Shown here: piece by piece, positions 35,191 to 38,886 of the stretch
Layout of the letters: each line of letters begins with the position of its first letter
Position numbering within the stretch: position 1 is the first letter of the stretch
Source of the DNA: a virus
Taxonomy: Duplodnaviria > Caudoviricetes
DNA: 38,886 nt
Strand: one strand, 5' to 3'
Virus record (IMG/VR): IMGVR_UViG_3300033125_000723
Span: 1-38,886 of that record
Position numbers and translations under genes: made by a program
The notes under the pieces: generated by a model
Told to the model about the DNA's origin: nothing
The model's database searches: none
The model's input: only the letters and a program-made list of their open reading frames with translations

Positions 35191-35278
35191 GAAGGTGGTG
35201 ATGCTTCTTACACCTGGGGTGGCGAGACCCGTACGCCGATGAGATTGTGTGTGAGTAAGCGACACTCACGGTTACGCT
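35191..35278 (-). ncRNA. Candidate cis-regulatory RNA: three tandem H-type pseudoknot modules in the capsid leader
   Basis: AGCG-UA-acc-GUGAG-ugU-CGCU-ua-CUCAC; GGCG-UA-c-GGG-ucU-CGCC-ac-CCC; GGUG-UA-a-GAAG-caU-CACC-ac-CUUC; both stems covary. Confidence 0.7.
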
Positions 35279-35286
35279 TTGGGCAC

Positions 35287-35316
35287 AGTATAAAACAACC
35301 TTTAAACTGTTTGCAA
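35287..35316 (-). promoter_or_regulatory. Putative capsid promoter TTGCAA-18 bp-TATACT
   Basis: Lies between the scaffold terminator and the structured leader. Confidence 0.65.
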
Positions 35317-35317
35317 C

Positions 35318-35354
35318 AAAAAACCCGTACATGAATACAAGACTCATATACGGG
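35318..35354 (-). terminator. Terminator after the scaffold gene
   Basis: Minus strand cccgtatatgagt/attcatgtacggg 13-bp stem followed by tttttt. Confidence 0.8.
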
Positions 35355-35383
35355 ACTAATGGAAAAGGAGGATTGATGTCTTT

Positions 35384-36151
35384 TTATCCGCGCCCAATCT
35401 TACGCATTACTTCTCTGTTTATTCTATCACGATCCTCATCGGTCATGATCAATCTGCCGTCAGCATCATATTTTGCCAACGTACGTAACGGGGAACCTGA
35501 AACCGCAGCAGAGCTTGCTGGCTTTTGCTTGTTCGCTTCTATTTTTTTATCAGCCATGTGAATCTCTTCTACCTGCTTGAGCAGGGGTGATGTTTCAGAA
35601 ATACCATAGTTCTTAATCATGTTATAGGCCATTTTTGACCGTGAGCGCAAGTTTGGTGCAGACATAATAGTCTGGTACTCATCAGGATATAATCGTGCAA
35701 AGGTTTGTATGTTCTCCTTTGAGACCACTTCATTAAAGTCCTTAAGCGAATCGATCTCTGATTTGGCTTCAAAGACTTCTAGACGCTGTTTGAGTTCCTG
35801 TAGCTCCTGTTCGGTTTTACTAATTTTTGATGCAGTTTTCTTAAAAGTTTTTTGAACAGTCTTGTTATAAGCCACATCGTCAGGATCACCTAAAAACTCC
35901 TCTTCTTGGTCATAGGCAGCCTGAGGTTCAGGACGAGAGGACTGCTGGGCAGCAAGCTTTTCCTGTAATCTACGTTCTGCCTCAGCAGCCTTGTGTTCCG
36001 CTTGTTTGCGTAACGCTTCCTCTTCTTCCAGGCGTCGCCTCATTGCTACAAAGTTTTCACGGGCAAGACGTTCCTTGTTTTCATTAACCACAGGAACTTC
36101 TTGAGTTGGTTGTTCTACTACCTGCTCAACTGGTTTAACTTCTTCGTTCAT
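35384..36151 (-). CDS. Capsid scaffolding protein (putative)
   Basis: Acidic, coiled-coil, 255 aa, immediately upstream of the MCP. Confidence 0.75.
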   Translation of the reverse strand: MNEEVKPVEQVVEQPTQEVPVVNENKERLARENFVAMRRRLEEEEALRKQAEHKAAEAERRLQEKLAAQQSSRPEPQAAYDQEEEFLGDPDDVAYNKTVQKTFKKTASKISKTEQELQELKQRLEVFEAKSEIDSLKDFNEVVSKENIQTFARLYPDEYQTIMSAPNLRSRSKMAYNMIKNYGISETSPLLKQVEEIHMADKKIEANKQKPASSAAVSGSPLRTLAKYDADGRLIMTDEDRDRINREVMRKIGRG

Positions 36152-36161
36152 CGATCTCCTT

Positions 36162-36674
36162 TTATGCTTCTACAGGTTTGTTAATTTTTATAACCGCTTT
36201 CGGTTTTGATAGATCTTCACCGTTTTCCTTGGCTACCCATTCAAGCAGTTTTCCTGTTTCCATGGATACCACAAAGGCAGTTCTACTTTTAAGAACCGGA
36301 TCAGTCATATATTTGTTTCTATTGGCATACAGTTGCCAGTACCGAGATTTACGGGGGATAGACCATAAAAACTCAAGCTCGCCCGAGGTGTGATGGTACT
36401 TAAAAACGTTCTGGTTATAGCCGGGCGTCGGGCATGAACGGCGCACAAAGTAAAAGTCTTCAGGCTCCATTTCTGCCGTACGTTCATTAGTCGGTACTAA
36501 TACAATATAAAAATCGATATTGGTATAATAATCTTGCTTGGCAGTCTCAGCAGCAACGGCATGGAGCTTTCTCATGCGGTCATTGCCCATCGTATTAGAT
36601 ATATATCGTAGTTCTTCTTGCCGTAGCTTGGCTTCTTGTATCGTTTCTGGCGTTTGTAAGAGTTCTTGCTTCAT
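36162..36674 (-). CDS. Hypothetical protein
   Basis: 170 aa; RRSCPTPGYNQNVFKY...LEFLWSIP. Confidence 0.75.
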   Translation of the reverse strand: MKQELLQTPETIQEAKLRQEELRYISNTMGNDRMRKLHAVAAETAKQDYYTNIDFYIVLVPTNERTAEMEPEDFYFVRRSCPTPGYNQNVFKYHHTSGELEFLWSIPRKSRYWQLYANRNKYMTDPVLKSRTAFVVSMETGKLLEWVAKENGEDLSKPKAVIKINKPVEA

Positions 36675-36702
36675 AGATCCCCTTTAATTGGCTCTAACAT
36701 AC

Positions 36703-36736
36703 AAAATCCCCCTTGGTAAATCAATTACCAAGAGGG
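36703..36736 (-). terminator. Putative terminator after the basic-protein cluster
   Basis: Minus strand ccctcttggtaa-ttgat-ttaccaagggggatttt. Confidence 0.6.
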
Positions 36737-36765
36737 AAAGCAACTAATAATAAAGGAATAAAGAA

Positions 36766-36945
36766 TTATTTCTTTTTCTTGGGCACTTTTGCACCCGCTT
36801 TGCGTGCCTCAGAAAGACCGATAGCAATCGCTTGAGCTCGTGATTTTACTTTCGGTCCCTTTTTGGACCCAGAATGCAATGTATCATCTTGGAACTCGGT
36901 CATTACTTCCTTCATTTTTTTTTGCACAATACTCTTTTTCTTCAA
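36766..36945 (-). CDS. DUF6496-like small basic protein (59 aa)
   Basis: Hand-translated ...KMKEVMTEFQDDTLHSGSKKGPKVKSRAQAIAIGLSEARKAGAKVPKKKK; TTG start overlapping the upstream stop. Confidence 0.8.
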   Translation of the reverse strand: MKKKSIVQKKMKEVMTEFQDDTLHSGSKKGPKVKSRAQAIAIGLSEARKAGAKVPKKKK

Positions 36946-37073
36946 CAGCGTCCCTTTTTCTTCATTGGCTTTTTCTTAATTTCTTTTAAAAGCTTTTTAT
37001 CATCAGAAATTTCATGCTTAAATGTCTTGATGTCATCTTTGATATGTTTTTTTACTCGAGTGATCTTTTTCAT
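36942..37073 (-). CDS. Lys-rich small protein (43 aa)
   Basis: MKKITRVKKHIKDDIKTFKHEISDDKKLLKEIKKKPMKKKGRC. Confidence 0.65.
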   Translation of the reverse strand: MKKITRVKKHIKDDIKTFKHEISDDKKLLKEIKKKPMKKKGRC

Positions 37074-37074
37074 G

Positions 37075-37224
37075 TTATTTCTTCTTTTTATGCTTTTTTT
37101 TCTGCTCTATTTTCTCTTCAAATCGCTCAAAAGATTCTTTTTTTGATTTGGGCTTGTGATACCCATGCTCTTTGCGCTCAAGTCCCGAATGTTCTTTGTA
37201 ACGGTCTTTTATTGTTTGTGGCAT
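37075..37224 (-). CDS. Lys-rich small protein (49 aa)
   Basis: AGGAG RBS; MPQTIKDRYKEHSGLE...KKKHKKKK. Confidence 0.65.
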   Translation of the reverse strand: MPQTIKDRYKEHSGLERKEHGYHKPKSKKESFERFEEKIEQKKKHKKKK

Positions 37225-37232
37225 AAAATCTC

Positions 37233-37289
37233 CTATTTCTTTATGGGATTCGGTTTAGGATACGGTGCAGGTTTTGGTGCTGGCTTCAT
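37233..37289 (-). CDS. Possible 18-aa Pro/Lys peptide
   Basis: MKPAPKPAPYPKPNPIKK; fits between a hairpin and the next RBS; weak RBS. Confidence 0.3.
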   Translation of the reverse strand: MKPAPKPAPYPKPNPIKK

Positions 37290-37354
37290 AGGTACTCTTA
37301 TAGGGGCTCAGGGAAATGTATAAAACCCTAAGCCCCCCTCTCAAAAAGGATCAG

Positions 37355-37507
37355 TTATCGAATATTAGACTTCGTGTACGTACTTGCCCATTCTTTACGC
37401 TGCCGTTCAGTAGGCTCGGTCGTATTATGTTGCTGCAGATCTTTTTCAGTCTTGAGCAACTTATACGCAACCTTGGCTAACTTGGGAATTTGTCGTATCG
37501 CTTGCAT
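37355..37507 (-). CDS. Small hypothetical protein (50 aa)
   Basis: MQAIRQIPKLAKVAYKLL...; starts 4 nt after the upstream stop. Confidence 0.55.
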   Translation of the reverse strand: MQAIRQIPKLAKVAYKLLKTEKDLQQHNTTEPTERQRKEWASTYTKSNIR

Positions 37508-37511
37508 AAAA

Positions 37512-37775
37512 TCACCAGTTTGTTGGATCGGTTAAGTTATCAAATGCCATTTGATCTGCACGGGTTGTTTTATCAACCTGAGCGATCTTATCACCAATGC
37601 GTCCTGCACGGTTTTGGTTAGCATGGAAGGTTACATCAACCTCTTTTACTCCACGTGGAAGTAACGCAGGCTGTGACCAGTCCTCTTTAACCGGAGATGC
37701 ATCAATGCCGTTATTTGGTTTCATGATTCTGCTTGGAGTGCTTTTGTAGCCCTCGTACATTCTTTTTTTTGCCAT
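37512..37775 (-). CDS. Small hypothetical head-region protein
   Basis: AAGGAG RBS; 87 aa following the portal. Confidence 0.7.
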   Translation of the reverse strand: MAKKRMYEGYKSTPSRIMKPNNGIDASPVKEDWSQPALLPRGVKEVDVTFHANQNRAGRIGDKIAQVDKTTRADQMAFDNLTDPTNW

Positions 37776-37826
37776 GATTGGCTCCTTTGAAACTGTAGTC
37801 TTTTACACTACAAGGATATACCTCTA

Positions 37827-38886
37827 TCAAAGTCCAGAACCATTCTGGGCTTCTTGAGTATTTTGTGGCTCAACCTTCTGTTCTTCAACCGTCGCGGTTA
37901 CCTGTTCTTGTGCCTTGAGCGCACTTGCAATGGCAACCAACTCCTTAAGGTGAGTAATATCTATTGATTCCAATTCTTTAATAGCTTTCACCATATCCAG
38001 CGTTGCAGCCATATCCTGACGATTTGCTTCATGCTGCTTTTGTATGGCAATAGAACGGTTTTGTTCAATCTCTGAAAGCCGTTCGGCAGCCAGTCCGCGA
38101 TCAGCCATAGCCCGGGATTGAGCAAGCTCAGCACGTGCTTGTAGTTCTTGCATCTGAACCTGCGCTTGCATCTGCTGCATTTGTTGCTGTTGCTGGGACG
38201 CTTGTTCAAGCTCTTTAACCAACTTATCTTTGTTCTGGAGCGTTGCCGATTCAATCATTGATGCATCAGATATTGCAATACCCGCCTTACGAAGCTCAAG
38301 CTTCTGTGCAAATTCAAGCTGAATCTGAGTCTCAGTATTAAAGCCAAGCTGCGTGACACAGTGAAACTTCCCAAACGCCTTATCATAAAACTGTGGCGCT
38401 GGTTCTTCACCTTCTAGATATCTGCGTACTTTGCCTGGGGTCCAGTTATTTTGTATCACCTTGATGATGGTGTTTCCTAAAAGGTTCTGTGCCAGGTCAA
38501 GCCGATCAAACAGTGGTTGTTGTGCCGTAAGTCCCGCAGCGGTACGTAACGCTGATTGATAACCTGAGGAGTCATCTTCTACTACTTTACCCAAGTTCTC
38601 TTGTGATAATCCTATAACGTTAAATAACTCGTTATCGTAAATTTTTAGCTGCTCAAAGGCTGATGGCGGAACTTGTGGAGCGGGAATAGGTATCACATCA
38701 ACGCCAGGAGTTGCTGAGTCCTTGAGAGGAATTAAGCGGCCTTGGCCTGTTTGGAGCAGATGATTTGGGTCCAGGACAGCGCCTTGCTTAAACATATACC
38801 CGGTATTAACCACTGATTCTAAAAAGTCTGCATTGAGTATAATACGTCTATTAAAGAGTATCTGAGGCGATATGAGGGAGGTCATT
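37827..38886 (-). CDS. Portal protein, C-terminal part (joined product about 688 aa)
   Basis: LISPQILFNRR, SG...ALR, LFDRL..AQ..LG, Q-rich coiled-coil barrel; in frame with 1-1007 across the junction. Confidence 0.9.
   Translation of the reverse strand, partial: MTSLISPQILFNRRIILNADFLESVVNTGYMFKQGAVLDPNHLLQTGQGRLIPLKDSATPGVDVIPIPAPQVPPSAFEQLKIYDNELFNVIGLSQENLGKVVEDDSSGYQSALRTAAGLTAQQPLFDRLDLAQNLLGNTIIKVIQNNWTPGKVRRYLEGEEPAPQFYDKAFGKFHCVTQLGFNTETQIQLEFAQKLELRKAGIAISDASMIESATLQNKDKLVKELEQASQQQQQMQQMQAQVQMQELQARAELAQSRAMADRGLAAERLSEIEQNRSIAIQKQHEANRQDMAATLDMVKAIKELESIDITHLKELVAIASALKAQEQVTATVEEQKVEPQNTQEAQNGSGL

Larger units (their letters stand above)
1..38886. mobile_element. Complete circularly permuted tailed-phage genome (P22-like podovirus organisation)
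   Basis: TerL, portal, scaffold, capsid, tail and ejection genes are present, with no host housekeeping block; the portal ORF reads in frame across the window ends. Confidence 0.92.

Noticed and set aside
35146-35265. 40-aa N-terminal extension of the capsid protein
   Set aside because: A strong AGGAG RBS precedes ATG 35145, and the upstream region is better explained as a structured leader
35191-35278. Mini-CRISPR array or tRNA
   Set aside because: The units are not identical repeats with spacers, and there is no cloverleaf, T-loop or cas gene
36874-37226. Phe/Leu-rich plus-strand ORFs that look like membrane proteins
   Set aside because: Reverse complement of the Lys-rich minus-strand genes
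1-38886. Stop-codon reassignment
   Set aside because: Genes tile densely under the standard code, and TAA, TAG and TGA all end well-supported genes

Overview
The window is almost certainly a complete, circularly permuted 38.9-kb podovirus-type phage genome. The portal gene runs off base 1 on the minus strand and continues in frame at base 38886 (...YNRIQS|V|MTSLISPQ...). The minus-strand late arm is P22-like: TerL, portal, a cluster of tiny basic proteins, scaffold, an N4-gp56-type major capsid protein, tail adaptor/nozzle, three ejection-protein candidates and several fibre genes. Early functions include RusA, ERF, SSB, GroES, four DUF551-like genes and signal-peptide proteins whose N-termini suggest a Dependentiae (TM6/Babeliae) host (inference). 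No polymerase, primase, DnaB, catalytically complete integrase, endolysin, tRNA or CRISPR array was recognised. Four things stand out. (1) An operon encodes a full-length ComM/YifB AAA+ helicase followed by two paralogues made of large-serine-recombinase DNA-binding domains, lacking the catalytic domain and coiled coil, fused to a DprA-type winged helix. (2) Three tandem covarying H-type pseudoknot modules lie in the predicted 5' leader of the capsid gene. (3) At least five accessory gene blocks are bracketed by 13-29 bp direct repeats. (4) An antisense island with an RHH gene and two micro-membrane peptides sits at the position of P22 immI/sieA. All family assignments are by eye; no database searches were run.
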